Below are positions 17,320-31,100 of a stretch of 64,000 nt of DNA, one piece after another. A program made the position numbers and the translations under genes. This stretch comes from Marsupella aquatica (taxonomy: Eukaryota > Plantae > Marchantiophyta): assembly GCA_973895155.1 (NCBI GenBank), contig OZ316892.1, positions 2,235,223 to 2,299,222 of the forward strand, read 5' to 3'. The notes beneath the pieces were generated by a model. It was given only the letters and a program-made list of their open reading frames with translations. It had not been told where the DNA came from and did no database searches. Within the stretch, counting starts at the first letter, position 1; each line of letters begins with the position of its first letter.

Positions 17320-18671
17320 AACTTTTTTTACTTAACATGGTTTACTAGCAATATTTTCAATTGTACTTAAGAACATCTTTTACTTCACAACTTACATCTT
17401 TGTCTAATGACATCCCTTTACTTATCGACCATTTTGTACTTAAACAAAAAAATACTTAATAACATCTTTCGTAAAACATCATCTTTTACCTGACAACATC
17501 TTGGACATAAAGACATCTTTGGTGCAACGACATCTTTTACTTCACAACATTTTTCACATAAGAACATTTTTCTTCACGACACCTTTGGCATCACGACATC
17601 ATAGTTCTTAATGACATCTTTTTACTTCACAACATCTTTCACATATTAACAACTTCTTTGGCAACATGAGTCACATCTTTTTTCTTAACGACATCTTTGG
17701 CAACATGACATCTTTTTTCTTAAAAAAATCTTTGACAACACAACATGTTTTTACTTAACAAAATTGTTGGCAACATCACCTTTTTCATGACAACATCTTT
17801 GGCAACACAACATATTTTTTCTTAACGACATCTTTTGTGCAACGCACGGGTATTGAGCCATCTTTCACATATTAATGACATATAATTGGGTGAAACGACA
17901 CCTTTTTATTTATAACATCTTTTACTTCACAATCACTTACTTTGGCAAAATGACACCTTTTTCTTAACGCCATCTTTCACATAATGACATCTTTGGCAAA
18001 ATGACTTCTTTTTTCTTAACGACATCTTTTTACTTCATGACATCTTTCAGATAACAACATCTTGGGCGACATGACATCTTTTGTGCAATGCAGTAACATT
18101 TTTCCTCAATGACGTCTTGGCCAACACAAGATCTGTTTTCTCAACGTCTTGGCCGACACGACTCTTTTTTCTCAATGATGTCTTGCCCGACACAACATAT
18201 TTTCTCTCAACGACGTCTTGGCCGACATGACATCTTTTTTCTCAATGACTTCTTTGCCAACACAAGATCCTTTATCTCAATGATTTCTTGGCCGGTCACA
18301 CGACATCTTTTTTATCAATGAGATCTTGGCCAACACGACATCATTTTTCTCAACGACCTCTTGGCCAACACAACTTTTTTTCTCAACAACCTCTTGGTCG
18401 ACACGACATCTTTTTTCTCAACCAAATCTTGGGCGACATGACATCTTGGTCGACACAACATCTTTTGTTCTCAACGACATCTTGGCCGACACGACATATT
18501 TTGTTTATCATCAACATCTTGGCCGACACGACATCTTTTGTTCTCAAAAATTTCTTGGGCGACACGACACCTTTCTTCTCAACAACCTCTTGGCCGACAT
18601 GACCTCTTTTGTTCTCAACAACATCTTGGCCGTCACGACATCTTTTGTGCAACGCACGGGTATTGAGCTAG
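17320..18671 (+). mobile_element. 3' part of a non-autonomous Helitron-like element with an internal minisatellite; 5' end not located
   Basis: Ends gtgcaacgcacgggtattgagCTAG|t (CTAG at 18668-18671), matching the typical plant Helitron 3' hairpin + CTAG followed by T. Preceded by a ~1.3 kb array of gacatctt/ttggccgacac units. Confidence 0.75.
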
Positions 18672-18679
18672 TATTCTAA

Positions 18680-19511
18680 TAAGCTCCAGTGGCTTAAGTA
18701 GACTTATTAATGACTATAAAGTCATAGGGTGTCGCATCCATAAGACTCATGTTATATTAGAACACTTTGGTGGTCAAGCCTGTCATAACAAGTCTGGTCA
18801 CGAAATGGAGGGTTTTCTACTAGTAAGTGCCTTGTATGCCTTCGCCAGATTAGGTAGAGTCGTGGCACAACTATTGGATTTTGCTTTAATTTTCCATGCT
18901 TGGCACTCTTACTATACTCTCTTCTCATACATACTATAGCCGTGGTTGTTTCATCACAAACAAAAAAATAACAAATCTATCACAATGAGCCCCCAACTCT
19001 TCTCGATCTCAGTCCCCAAGCTCTGCTACCAATTGTTGGAAATAAATCTAGACTGAACAAGGCAACATCAACACATGTGAACAACATCCATAAACTCTGA
19101 TAATGAAGATATGTGGTTCACCCCGTGTTTCACACCGTTTGGGCTATGTCCACGGCCGTGAGAGAAATCTAGTGATACAACCCAATTACACTTGCTCCAT
19201 AGCCATTTGCTAGAGCTCCTCCTCTCACCCTCCCACTCTCTCTCCTAGAGAATGAACCTTCAAGTGTGAGCACAATTTGTGTTTCCCTTGGGTATACCCC
19301 CTTCCCATGGTACACGGGAACCTGAAACTCAAACAAGTGCTATTCTAATGTATTGAAGCGATGCTAGTACTATGAAAGTAAATAGGTTATATCACAGGCA
19401 TAACCAAACGGTCTTTGGTTTGATACCAATCACAACAACCACTCGCATCATTGCCATATTTTTGAAGGACACAAATAATTTTGAATGGTGGCCACACATT
19501 TTCACACAACA
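18680..19511 (-). mobile_element. Truncated LTR retrotransposon relic (5' LTR + PBS + decayed internal start), copia-like
   Basis: On the minus strand the LTR ends ...tttccaaCA at 19034, followed after 2 nt by the PBS tggtagcagagc (19031-19020), one mismatch from the tRNA-iMet PBS tggtatcagagc. The outer LTR boundary is uncertain (19437 or 19511). Confidence 0.6.
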
Positions 19512-20059
19512 ATTTGTGTGGTGGATGTTGAAGTACTGACTCCCTGAGTTAGAGGTGATAACATTTTTTGGGAATCGGACATTTTAACCCATCACCTGGC
19601 CTGGAACATTGGTCATGGAAAACCTCCACGTGATAGCTAGTTAGAAATACCCTAGTACTGGCTGGTATGCCCTAATTGGATGGTAGTACACAAGAATTGA
19701 GCATGAGATCCAATGTCTTGAAGGTAAGTTGCGCCATGGCCAACAAAGTACAGTTTGTCGTGTCTAATTGCAGGCTCTTGGAAGACATCCCAAGCTTACA
19801 GTTATCCATGTTATGCACTATGTCATAACTGCATGGGATATCATCGATGCACTTCTCCATATGTGCATGCTGCACTATCCAGTAAGTCCATGTGAAATCG
19901 CACATGGGACTTCTCATAACCCCAACCCTCATGCTGCACAATCTAATTGATAAGTGCATAAAAGTATTGTAAATAGTTATTCATTGCACTTATCAATAAA
20001 CATTTCTAGCATATGCATTGCAGTAACTTGATATTTGCATGTGCATTCTTATGGACCTA

Positions 20060-20400
20060 CTAGCCTAATGCCCGTGAGTTGCACGAAAGATTTTGAGGCG
20101 AGAGCAAGATGTCAAGGAGAGGCAAAGATGATAGGGCAAGGGCAAGATGTCAAGAAGAGGGCAAGATCTTGAGGCGAGACAAAGATTTTGAGGTGAAGGC
20201 AAGATGTCGAGATGAGGAAAAGATAGGGAGGTAAGAGAAAGATGTTGAGGTAAGTGATGTCGAGGTGAGGAAAAGAAGTCAAGGTGAGAAGAGGAGGTCG
20301 AGGAGAGAAAAGATGGCAAGGTGAGAAAAACATGTAAAGATGAGGAAAAGATGTTGAGGAGAGAAAATATGTTGAGGGTGAAGGAAAGATATTGACGGAA
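20060..20400 (-). mobile_element. 3' part of a second Helitron-like element, opposite orientation
   Basis: Minus strand reads ttcgtgcaactcacgggcattaggCTAG|t (CTAG at 20063-20060). Preceded by an array of cctcgacatctt-type units related to those at 17.3-18.6 kb. Confidence 0.72.
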
Positions 20401-20714
20401 AGTTTTTGCTGGAGAACAATAGGGTTTCCTAAATTCAATTTTGAGACTTCTAAGAACATTAAGGTCTTTTTAATTAAAATTTTGGAATATTCTTAACTTT
20501 ATAGGTTTTGTTTTTAATATTTTAGGGGTCTGAGGCCTAACAACATCATAGGCGATGGGAAGGTCTCATATAGTGAGACCCTTGAGGGTGAGGCAGGGTC
20601 TCAGGGCAAGGCATCGTGAGGGTCGGCGAGGCATCCCGAGCATTGATGCCTGTATATGTATATTGTGAGGGGGGTCCATAACGAAGGCACGGGCGTGGGA
20701 GGCCTTGCCAGAGA

Positions 20715-20850
20715 GGGCAAGTGCTAATCAAATAGATACAAAATACTCTAAAATATCTAACAACCAGTTTTGATTTCCGCCAGGGCAAGTGCTAATCAAA
20801 TAGATACAAAATACTCTAAAATATCTAGAGACCAGTTTTGATTTCCGCCA
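20715..20850. repeat. 68-bp near-perfect tandem duplication
   Basis: gggcaagtgctaatcaaatagatac...gatttccgcca at 20715-20782 and 20783-20850. Confidence 0.95.
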
Positions 20851-21224
20851 ATTCTGGATTTCATAACCGGAGGAAGGACAAAAAATTTTGACATTGTCTA
20901 TTATAGTTGTATATATACATATTGTCCATTAACTAACCTTGACATGCACTTAGAGATTGTGCATTTGTTGGTGCACTCACCAAGGAAAGTGCAGGAATAG
21001 GGGACTACCCGATTTGTTACCGAAGGAAAATGCACTTATTCACGAGGCACTTATACACTGTAACTGGACATGCCGGACATACTCAATACTCCCCTCTTTA
21101 CAGACACGTACACAAAACCCTTCACACCTGGAAGGGTTTAGGGTTTTAGACGGTTTTAGCCTGGGATGGCTTACCCCTGGCATAATAAACTGAGCCATCC
21201 GGTTCTCTCGTTTTAATGGAGAGT

Positions 21225-21851
21225 TGGTGCAAGAGCGTCAAGCTCTCGTTGTGAGCTCTCGTTTCCTCTGACACACTCGGCCTTGGGGATTGCTCATTCG
21301 ATTGGCGATTCGTTTGCAACTCCAATAGTAGGTCGAAGCATTTTGTTGAAGCTCCGCGCAGCAATCTGAGCTCTATTAATTGACTCTCTGTCTCGTTCCA
21401 GTGGTTCGCAACCAGGTCGAAACACTTTCTCAAGCACCCGCAAGGAAATCTTAGCTCGATCTACTGACACTCTGTCTCCGGTTCGTCCACTACTACAGAA
21501 GGGGTTAAGCATTTTGTCGAGCTCACACAGAAATCTCAGCTGTACAAACGCGCTGTCTGTGCACGGGCTTTTCGAGCAATCAGTGATCTTTGAATTTGAC
21601 TTAATTTCTCCAAATGAGGCTTCTGCAGTTCACTTGAATGTCTCTGTGGCAATCGGAACTTCCGGATATCATGATCTAACAAGCTGCTGAAAAGAGTTAA
21701 GAACCCCGCCGGTTCGATCCCTGTCTCGTGCAATTTCTCCCTACGGAGAAGGGCCCTGTGGACAGACGGTCGGACAGCAATTTTTTGTTAGGAAGAGCCC
21801 TCACTTCGCTCGGGAATTTTGTGCTCCGATTGTGAAGTGGGAGGGAATGGC
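21225..21851 (+). promoter_or_regulatory. Right arm of the inverted repeat; upstream region and putative 5'UTR of the TPR gene
   Basis: Homologous to the reverse complement of 8313-8880, continuing to gagggaATGgc. A telo-box-like gggtttagggttt lies just outside, near 21134. Confidence 0.85.
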
Positions 21852-24800
21852 TGCGTGTGTGAATGCTCTGTCACTTGGATGCGCTGCAGTGGCCATCCCG
21901 TGTCCGAGGCGCACTGCTGCTGCTACGTCCTGTTCCACCCACAGCCCTACGGCAAGATGCCACACCGCGCGTGTGGTTCCAGCCCTGAAATTCTGTGTGC
22001 CACCGGCACGTCATTCTAATGCAGTTGGAAAGCATGGCCGTCCGGCAAAGGCCACGTAAGATTGTCTTCTTAATAAGTTGTATTCGTGAGTTTTTTTGTC
22101 TACACCTTTCCATGAGAACGTAGCTGTCGTCGGTGTGAGACTGTGGGATTCTCGTTCAATTTGGCTTCCTGTTTTCTTCCGCTTCGATTCTCGAGACTGA
22201 CTAACCAACGGATTCAGAGTTTATGGCTTAGTATTTGATAATAGGGTTATTATGCTGGGTCTGTCTAATTTGGTCATCAAAGCTCACTGAACTTTGACCA
22301 TCAGACGGGCCCACTTAGACTCAAGAATCTAAGAAATGGAATCCAGTTGTTGGTTCCAATGGTCTAATAAGTTTAGGCAGTGTCACAGAAAGAAAAAAAA
22401 AGTCCAAGTTTAGTGCATAACTAGTCACTGTCTGAACTTGCAGAGGTGGGGATTCCAACAATTACTCGCCTTTGGAGATCATGGATCCACGGACTGGGGA
22501 GTACAAGAATGTGGCACGCACAGAGGAGGAGGACGAATATGGTGTAGAGTTAGAGGATGAATCCGCGAAAGGTGAAACCGATAAAGAGATCCTCAAACAA
22601 TTCGCGCGGACTATTGGATTGGATGATGAGGATGCGGCCGACAGTCTGTTTAATAGTATGAGGTTTGTTTGCTTTACACCTCTTTCTCTTTTTGCAAAAG
22701 GAAGAAGTACGACACATCAACGAGTTTCTCTTCGTCTGGTACTCATTCAGGATAGATATCGTTAAACTCCACTGGCTGCTACATGCACGCAAATTGCTGG
22801 AGGAGAGTCTGACCTTATTTACAGAAAATAAACATATGAGGGCCACTGATGTGTATTCGCACGGGATATATACTGCTTTTTAGATTTGGGGATCCACGGG
22901 TCGCTTAACGAATAACTCGGAACTGGGACTGCTTGGTCTTGGAGATTCGGGCTGCTGCACGTCAGGATATAGAACTCACACTGCAGTGTTCCAATTTTAC
23001 GTGGACCTCAGGAACCCTAGGTCTGATAAGATCGTACGACAGCTGGAAGAGGGCATTGGTAATGGGGAGGATCTGCTGAAGGCCATCTATGGTGATATTC
23101 CACAATTCCGGGAGCTCTACAAAACGATAGAACGTCTGATAGAGGAAAAGGATGTGGCCTCTGCAAACGATATAGTTGAGGGTAACTATGAGGCATTGTT
23201 GGAGCAATTGAATGAAGGGGTTTTTGGAGTCGAACAAGTAGCCATGCTGGACATCTTAGCTTTTCTTTACCTACGTTTGGAAAACGAGGATGCAGCAGAA
23301 CAGCTTTGTCGGCAGGTATGCAATTTTCCTCCTCATTTTGTGAAAGTAATCTCTCACTATCTTGACATTCTTCTCGTCATGTTATGTCGTCAGGCGAGGT
23401 CTGTATGCTTTCTCTATACTGGAACTGAACTGTAGTGGTACCTTTCCTAATTTTACACTGCAAAGAACTAAGGTTTAGTTGGACTTGGTGCAGGCCAGAG
23501 AGCTGCTGGAACTGCTTCCTGACACTGAGGAAACGGTTGATAACATACTAGAACATATAGCTACTATGTACATGCAGCTGAAGAGGCCCAGGGAAGCTCT
23601 TCCCCTCTTTTTACGGAGCCTTTCGATAAAGAAAGCCTCAGGAGGTACCATTCTTCAGAACTAAGTTCTAGATGATTTTTAATATGGTTTGAGCCTTTTG
23701 AGAGGGTGCTCAGAATTGGGAGGCCATCAAATTCTTGTAATCTATTTCTAGACATATAGTTTGACGGGTGGCACAGGGGCTCTTTTTTTTGATGCTAGAG
23801 TGACAATGTCACCCACAGAAATGATGCGTGAATCAGTCAACAGCAGCAACAGCGATGTATGTTTGGTGTTGGCTAAATGCGACTGAACTGGCCTGGACAG
23901 ATGATATTCCATCTATTGTGAGAACCATGATTGCGCTTGCAAGCACATACAGTGAGCTGGAACAAGGGGACAAGAGCATTGAACTCTACAGGCAGATCTT
24001 GGCTTATTCTGAGGAGGCACTAGGATCTGATGACGAAGATTTGGCTGCTCCACTTATGCATCTTGGCAGCTCTTTATTGGATGACGGCAGGCTTGGTGAA
24101 GCTGAAATGACAATTGAAAGGTATCGACATTCAACGTTGCGGCAGTTCCAAGTACGATGTTTGTCTTACGGTTATGGTACACTTATGTCTACTCAAGTGC
24201 ACTAGGGGTATTCATATGCTGGCGGGTGGCTTGTCCTGTAAGTTTAAAATTTCCGGTCCTGATATCTGTAGCACTGTAAATCTGTCTTGTGTGCAGGGCA
24301 ATGAAATTAACCGAGAATACGTATGGTGGCAAAGATGGAAGATATGGAGTGGCGCTGTGCGTTTTTGCTCAAATCAAGGGCACAAAAGGTTTGTCATCCT
24401 TCGGCTGCCTTCATTATTTCTTGTTGCTTCTTTTCTGAGCATGTGCTATGAAGAGAAGTTATTTGGTATGAGATCTCTTTTGCTAAGGTACTATGTAACT
24501 GCCTTTTACTTAGCGGAGGTAATTGTTTGTTCAAAGCTAATGTAGCAGTCTTGTAACAGTGTTGGCTGTTACGGAGGTGTAGCTCGTTTGTTTAGCGTTG
24601 GGGTGGTCAGTCCAAAACATTTTTGGTTTGACAGTTGTTGATAAAAGCCTCAGTCTTACTACCTGTCTCGTAGTGTATATTAAAGGAGAAGATGAGAAAT
24701 GTGACAACGGTCAACACAGATTTTTTGATTGCCGTGCACTTCTCCTTGTCACTTTTTAGGTGAATTCGAGGAGGCTCTGGAATACTTTCAACGGGGTGTG

Positions 24801-25775
24801 CAAGTGATCGAGAGCTCTAAGGACTTTAAACAAGATGATGGTTCTCTAGATGTAATCCGGATGGATGTAGCAGCTCTTCTCAGTGTGATGGGAAGGTAAG
24901 TGTCAAAGTAATTTAAGAAATCATTGGGCTCTAAACTTTGGTCTGCCAAGCAAAGCTAGAGTCCTTACTTTGATGTCTTCTCGAACAGATTCCTTTTTTC
25001 ATTCCTGTTGCTGATTCCAGGGAAAAGGAGGCCCAAGACGTATTGAGAAAAGCTTCGCTCATGGACAATCAACAGTACGCGTACTATGCCTCTCAGAAGG
25101 TTGAATATCTAGAGAAGCAGGCACAACTGTATGCTGAAGCTGGAGAGCTAGAGAAGTCTGAAAGGGCTCTGAGGCGCAGCTTGCAGCTTCTAAATGCGAC
25201 TGTGGGGCCCGATTCCACACAAGTTTCAGTGGTTTTGCAGCTTTTAGCAACTTTACTGCATGCCCAGCCTGATCGGCAGTCAGAGGCAGAACCCCTCGCC
25301 CGTGAGTCAGTCCGAATCCGGGAGAAATCTTTTGGACCGCATCACATTGCTGTTGGTGAGTTTTGTATGTAAAAGTGTTCCGTTTTCTGTGATATGTACT
25401 TACTGCGTGTTTTCTACTTTTAATGTCAAGTATTTCTTTTGCATACTTGTGAATTGATTCAAGTGTCAGGTATGTACTGGTATTTTTGGTCAGTAATCTT
25501 TCTCATTTGGTGAATTCCCTTTGTCATTTCTAGGAGAGGCATATAGCCACCTAGCTTCCATTATACATCAACAAGGGCAGGACGCGGAAGCTGCCGACCT
25601 TATGTTCAAAGTTCTACACATTCAAGAAAAAGAAATTGGATTCGACCATCCTCAAATAGAAGAAACCCTTGAGGTGCTAAACATGCTCCTAGTCAATCTC
25701 GGGAGACATAGGGAGACGATCCCAATTGTTCAAAGACTTGAGCAAATGAGATCAGAAACATCCTTTGGCGTATGA
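21847..25775 (+). CDS. Plastid-targeted TPR protein (kinesin-light-chain/nephrocystin-3-type repeats); 9 exons (21847-22055, 22444-22662, 23012-23315, 23494-23644, 23901-24120, 24297-24388, 24760-24895, 25021-25355, 25534-25775), ~635 aa
   Basis: GT-AG junctions in compatible phases; the exon 3 acceptor is the least certain. Repeats such as EALPLFLRSLSIKK, SIELYRQILAYSEEALG and EAEPLARESVRIREKSFGPHH. Ala/Ser/Arg-rich transit peptide in exon 1. Confidence 0.88.
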
Positions 25776-26629
25776 AAATGGAATTTTCAGTGGGTGTCTC
25801 ACCCTCAAATCTGCCAGAAGCAGACCTGCAAGTCGAGAACTTCACCCCGATCATGAATTTTGGTGACCGTCTGGTGTCTTCGGATCACAGGAAACTATTT
25901 CAGCCGAATAGAAGAGCTCTGCCACATGATATTCTAATTTTAAGTTTTCTGAGAGCGTTGTTGTCAATTGCCATGGATTCCTATAGATGAGAAGTCAGCT
26001 CTAGAAGTAGCTGACAACAGAGTGTAGATTACGCGAATTTTGCAATTCTGATAGTGTAGACGATAGCCGTGCTTTACTCTTGCGAAAAGCAAGTTTTTAA
26101 TGCTATACACTGGGCTCCTTATGTCATTGGCCCATCACAATTATTCAAGTGATTCCGTGTTCAAAACCTTGATTACTGACATGCAGCTGCGTCCAGCAAT
26201 CTTTGCCTTAAAAAATGGCGGCGGATTGTTGGAGAATGTTTCTCTTGCCAAATGGTGAGCATCAAGATGCAACTCGCATGTGAGAGTTCTCGAAAATCCT
26301 CACCATAAAAGTTGTCGGCTCATAGACCAGCTTGTCTTTTGGGACTCTCCGCTAAGGAAGCTTTTTGGCTTACTATTGTGACAGGATGCAAAGCTGTACT
26401 CCAAGAAACCTCTCCAAAATGATTCGGCCTTGGAGAAACTGAGTCGATCGTGACCGAACTCAATAATTCTCCTTCAAATGAGTTGTCCTTGGGGAACCTT
26501 TTGGATGATTACAACACTTTCGAAACGAACCTTTTGGATTATTACATTGGCGTTCCTGACTTTTGCCAGTGTTATATAAATCGAACAGAAGACTTTACAC
26601 CATTATCTTCTTTACCCTGGAGCTCTGCC

Positions 26630-26965
26630 AGGTTTTTGTATGGAGGCTTTTTGTATGGAGGCTTTTTGTTTTTGGGTCTCTAAGTTTTTCTATGTGGCCT
26701 TCCCTTTATTGGGTCTCTAGCCTGGGAGATAGTCTCTCATACTCTGGATGGGCACCTTTTGCAATATACATCGAGAGATTTTAGTGGAAGTGCAAGCACA
26801 CAAGACTTTGCACTTCTAAAGATTTTGCAAGCACAGAAGACTTTTGCACTTACTGCTATTGCACAGCAAACTTTCCACTTCTACTGTAGAGATTTTGCTT
26901 TAACTGCAAGCAGAAAAGACTCGGCACTTCGAGAGCTTTTGCAAGCACACAAGACTCTGCTCTTC
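26630..26965. repeat. Short degenerate tandem repeats, possibly a TE/LTR remnant
   Basis: tttgtatggaggctt twice, and several gcaagcac...agact...gcactt units. Confidence 0.5.
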
Positions 26966-27955
26966 TTAGACAAGCCTGATCACGAGGACCACCAGATGCC
27001 CGTCGACTAACTGAAGATTAGTGGCCACAGTGGAAGGGTAGCACGATATTGCACAAAAGGCAATTCAAGGCGACGGTGTCTCCACCTGGTATAATGCACT
27101 TTATGATCCAACGGCAGTAATTGTGAATTCGCCGTGACGAGGATATCTTGGCCGTCAAGACTGTAGCCATAAGCGATCGAGCTGTACCAAGAACCAAATC
27201 AAAATGTTCGCCCTCGTGGGCTTCACAGCAATCACTGCATGAATTGTTTTAAGAACAACGCTCGGCCGGCTCCGACCCATAAAGCGTAGGACACGTGTAT
27301 GGCTCACTTCTCCCGCGCTCTGGTACCCTTCTCAAACCGGCTCTCTCCTAAAATGCGGTGAGTGTGGATACAGATCGACGGCCGAAACCATACTGTCTAG
27401 CTTGGATCAGCAGCATGAGCGTCGATTTTAACTTCATGACGTACCTGAGCCTAGACGACGGCTGAATGACGAAATTGTAGTCCAGTAATCAATGAGATTG
27501 ATGAAAACTAATAATAAGCGGAATTATTTGTACCACTGAAAAAATCAGAAATTGGAGAAGATTCTCCACAGATTGTGGAGGATGAAGAGGACCTGCAAAC
27601 TCGACAGAATTGCTACCGTGACAGCGGGCCGCAGCTATTTGTGTCGACGTCGATGAGAGTGAAGATCCTTCCTACCGTAGATCGAGCAAAGAACCGGTGG
27701 AAGTCTATAGCATGACAATCAATGCTGTTCGTCGAAACATTGTGGAGGACGAAGTAGAGTGAGATAACGATCGAGTTTCTGGTAGCTGACATCGAGGATT
27801 CACGTAGCTGAGTTACATCACTCATCTGGCTAATTGTTGAATTGCGCAGTTATTTGTTCGACTTTCCAATTGAGAAAGCAGGAGAACGTCTGTTCGTTTG
27901 TTTGTTTCTCGTTGAACTGAGAGAGGGAGCGATCAAGCAATCGACGATTCAGTTG

Positions 27956-27957
<2 letters not shown>

Positions 27958-28010
<53 letters not shown>
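27958..28010. repeat. (GA)n microsatellite ~95 bp upstream of the ATG at 28106
   Basis: Uninterrupted GA run of ~53 bp. Confidence 0.97.
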
Positions 28011-28013
<3 letters not shown>

Positions 28014-28105
28014 GAAGTCCCGGAAGTAGCAATTGAGGAAGAGGGAGGAAGAAGCAGAGAAGAGACTGCTCGGCGGCACATGTAGGCATCGTGAAGTCAG
28101 CCAAC

Positions 28106-31100
28106 ATGGCCGCCTGCAGCTCCACTCTCATGCCCTGCACGTTACGATCCCTGTCTGTGGATGGACGTTTGGCTGGAGCTCAATCGAAAGCGTCATGTGC
28201 ACGTCAGTTTACAAAAATCTCCTCTTTCCCTTTTCTTCAATTGAAGAAATGCGCAGGGGCACGGCGCCAGCTTATGAACCCGTCAATCTCCGCTGCAATG
28301 GAAGTCCCAGATTTTCTACCGGCGACATGGTACTATTGAATTATTGAACTCTTTTCTGTTAACGAAAAGTTTCACTGGGCTCAAACAGAGATATTGAAAG
28401 GCTTGTTGGGTACAAGTGAATTGCCAGCATTCCTCTGCTCAGTGGCACAATTTTTTAAGCTTCCCGTCTTCTTGATCTTTGGAGGAGAGTCCAGTAAGGA
28501 TGTGCATTTGGAGAATTTCAAATTAAAATTGTCATCATATTCGTCCTGCAGGACGAAAAGACCCATCGCCAGGCCAATTGGACCTAGTTTCGAAGTAAGC
28601 ATCTTTCTCTTTCTCTTACTCTTCCTCTCTTCTTTTCATGTAGCACGACAATTCTTTCCGTACCGAGGAAGGTACAGCAGACCCGCCAGAATTATTAACT
28701 GTGTTGTTCTTTCTGGCCCAAGGCCCGATTGGCCCTCAACGATTTTAAATGCTCTCTCTCGCCTATATCGTTTAGCCCAGCTACCGTCAGGAATTCTTGA
28801 AAGGGCCTACGTTCGTCTGCTCAAGATCATTGCAATTGTAGGACACTGCATCACGCCTTAGCGCACGTCCTTGGAAGCCTGCGTATTTCGCATTTTGTAC
28901 CAAGTCGTTTCTCTGCTGGAGTTTGTGCTCATAGGGGTTGGGCAAGAAGATGAGATTATGAGATTTTCTTACAAGGCTTTCCAAAAGTGTCGGGGGATTT
29001 TGTTTTAACGATTCATTGAGCTTAGGCGTTCTCTCGTCCTGGAACACACTCCTATTTTGCGGTTACACCTGAATTGGGACAGCTATATTTATTGCGGGTG
29101 GGTGGGAGTTGGGGCCGGAGCAATGAGCGATCAGTGGGTGAAGGTGAGTGAGTCAGGCAGAGGCAAGGAAGGAGCAGACTGTAGTGCGTTAGAGGCGAGG
29201 TTGACATTTTGAAGGCGGAGGTACTGTTGGCGGAAGATGTATGAAAGTTGTAAATAATGGTGGGGAGGGGAAGAGACACAGAAGATCATGTGAAGACCTA
29301 AGTATAGGGTTTGACAATAGACTATTGGAGGCTGCTAGCGCACATCAGGGGATTGGCACGATACAGCGCGGTTAGCAAGTTACAGATGTCCAGTTGGAAG
29401 GTGACAAAGGAGGCATTGAATTGAGGTAGTTTAGGAATAATAATAGTGAAAGGTCTCTGGATGGATGAGCGGAGACGGTAGTGGTTTGGTTTCTATCTGT
29501 GAGACCGGGAGAAGCGGTTGGTGGGCAAAGTAGTATGACGGGACAGGGCTGGAGGCGCCTGATCCCAGCAGAAGGACAGGTGCCATAGATGGGAAAGGAA
29601 TGCAACGGACTGGCTGTGGTCTGCACGACAGGGGTTGCGATCATGTGGAGGAAAGGATATCATTAAAAGGGAGGTGAAGAATCTGCCAGAATTTGTAGAT
29701 ATGGAATGTGAGTAAACTTTTGGGCCTTCAATTCGAGGCGTTGGAGGAGCCCTGCCTAATTTAGCTGCCCTGGAAGGTTTCCAACTAATTAGAAATGAGC
29801 TTGGTCAATGCTCCATCTCTAATGCTTACGCAACACCAGTGCTCTCCAACTATGGACCTTAGCAGCCAAGTTACGATATATTCCTTAACCGTCAACTCTG
29901 CTGCACAACCACACTCCTTTTGTTCTCTCTTTCTGAGCTGTGAGGAAATTTATATAGTTGGTCTTATTCGTCGAACCCGTAGAACTGTGTGTGTTTCGAA
30001 TTTGGCTGAATATACTGACCAATAAGGATTTCGCAAGGCAGAGTTGTGGTGTAGATGTCGGTACGCTCAGCATTTGCTTTGAAGAAGACAGCCATCTTGG
30101 TCGCCAATTTCGATTTCTTGACTTTTGTAATTTTCGGGCTTTGTTTCAAATGTTCCGGTGGGCCAATGCAAGAACCCTGTACCGCGTCCTGATCATCCCC
30201 GAATTCTATGGGCCTCGGTTGTGTCCACTTCAGCATCCCTCAATAATCTGTAGAATGTCAGAGTAACACACTGGTGTGGCAGGGTTCAACAATCTCTCCC
30301 ATATTTTTCCTTAGACGGAACAACATTAATAGTGACTAAAGTATCCATTGTAAGGAAGATGGGCTGGTTTTAAATCTCAATCATACTGGTTTGGCATTGG
30401 AGAAACAGAAAGTTATGAACTGGAAGGTGCAATCAGGTTGGATTGTTGTCATGAATATATGTGAACTTGATAATTATCTCTAGTTGTTAGGAATGGTCAC
30501 TTTTTCCGGCCGGGGAAAATTAGTATTTTTGAAAAATCAATCCAACGAGGTGCATGCAAAAAAATGTTCCAGTCAAGTTCTGGGTCTATCATCTACTCCA
30601 AGTTCTACACACAACATTTTGGCACTTAATTTCTCTTTGACTTCAATTGAGTGACTAAGAGAGGTCACTTGCAGTTGACAGCTGAGGATGCAGTACTTCG
30701 GCAACTGGATGCTCTTCAAATCAATGACCAGCCTTATCCAGATCATGGTGTGGAAGTTATGTACAGGGTAACTTTTCATCCTGTTCTAAGCTGCTAACAT
30801 CATATTTAGCTTTTGTAGATACTCTGTTGGTATTCTAGCTTCTAGAGTAGGGCTGTTGAGTTTGTGAGATGTAACTCGTTTTTTGTGACATCTGTGACAA
30901 TGGTGCAGTTTGCAGGATTTGATCCCTTTCAGCGTTCGACGTACTTTGGTCCAACTTTTGATTTAGGTCAGGTGAGTCTGTTGTCTCTGGTTTGATTAGT
31001 TTTCCGCATTTAGGAGGAGAAATGTTTTTCCAGGTGGCATAGAATTTCGAACATAAGAGCTGTTGCCGCAGCAGTAGTTAGTACGACTTGGATATAGCAG

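Noticed and set aside
18109-18679. Several overlapping ORFs with repeated peptides
   Set aside because: Artefacts of the minisatellite in the Helitron-like element.
21705-21732. tRNA B-box-like ggttcgatccc
   Set aside because: No cloverleaf, and the motif is not conserved in the other inverted-repeat arm.
28106-28120. MAAC start shared with the TPR gene as a third copy of the duplicated upstream region
   Set aside because: Codons and upstream sequence differ; a generic transit-peptide start.
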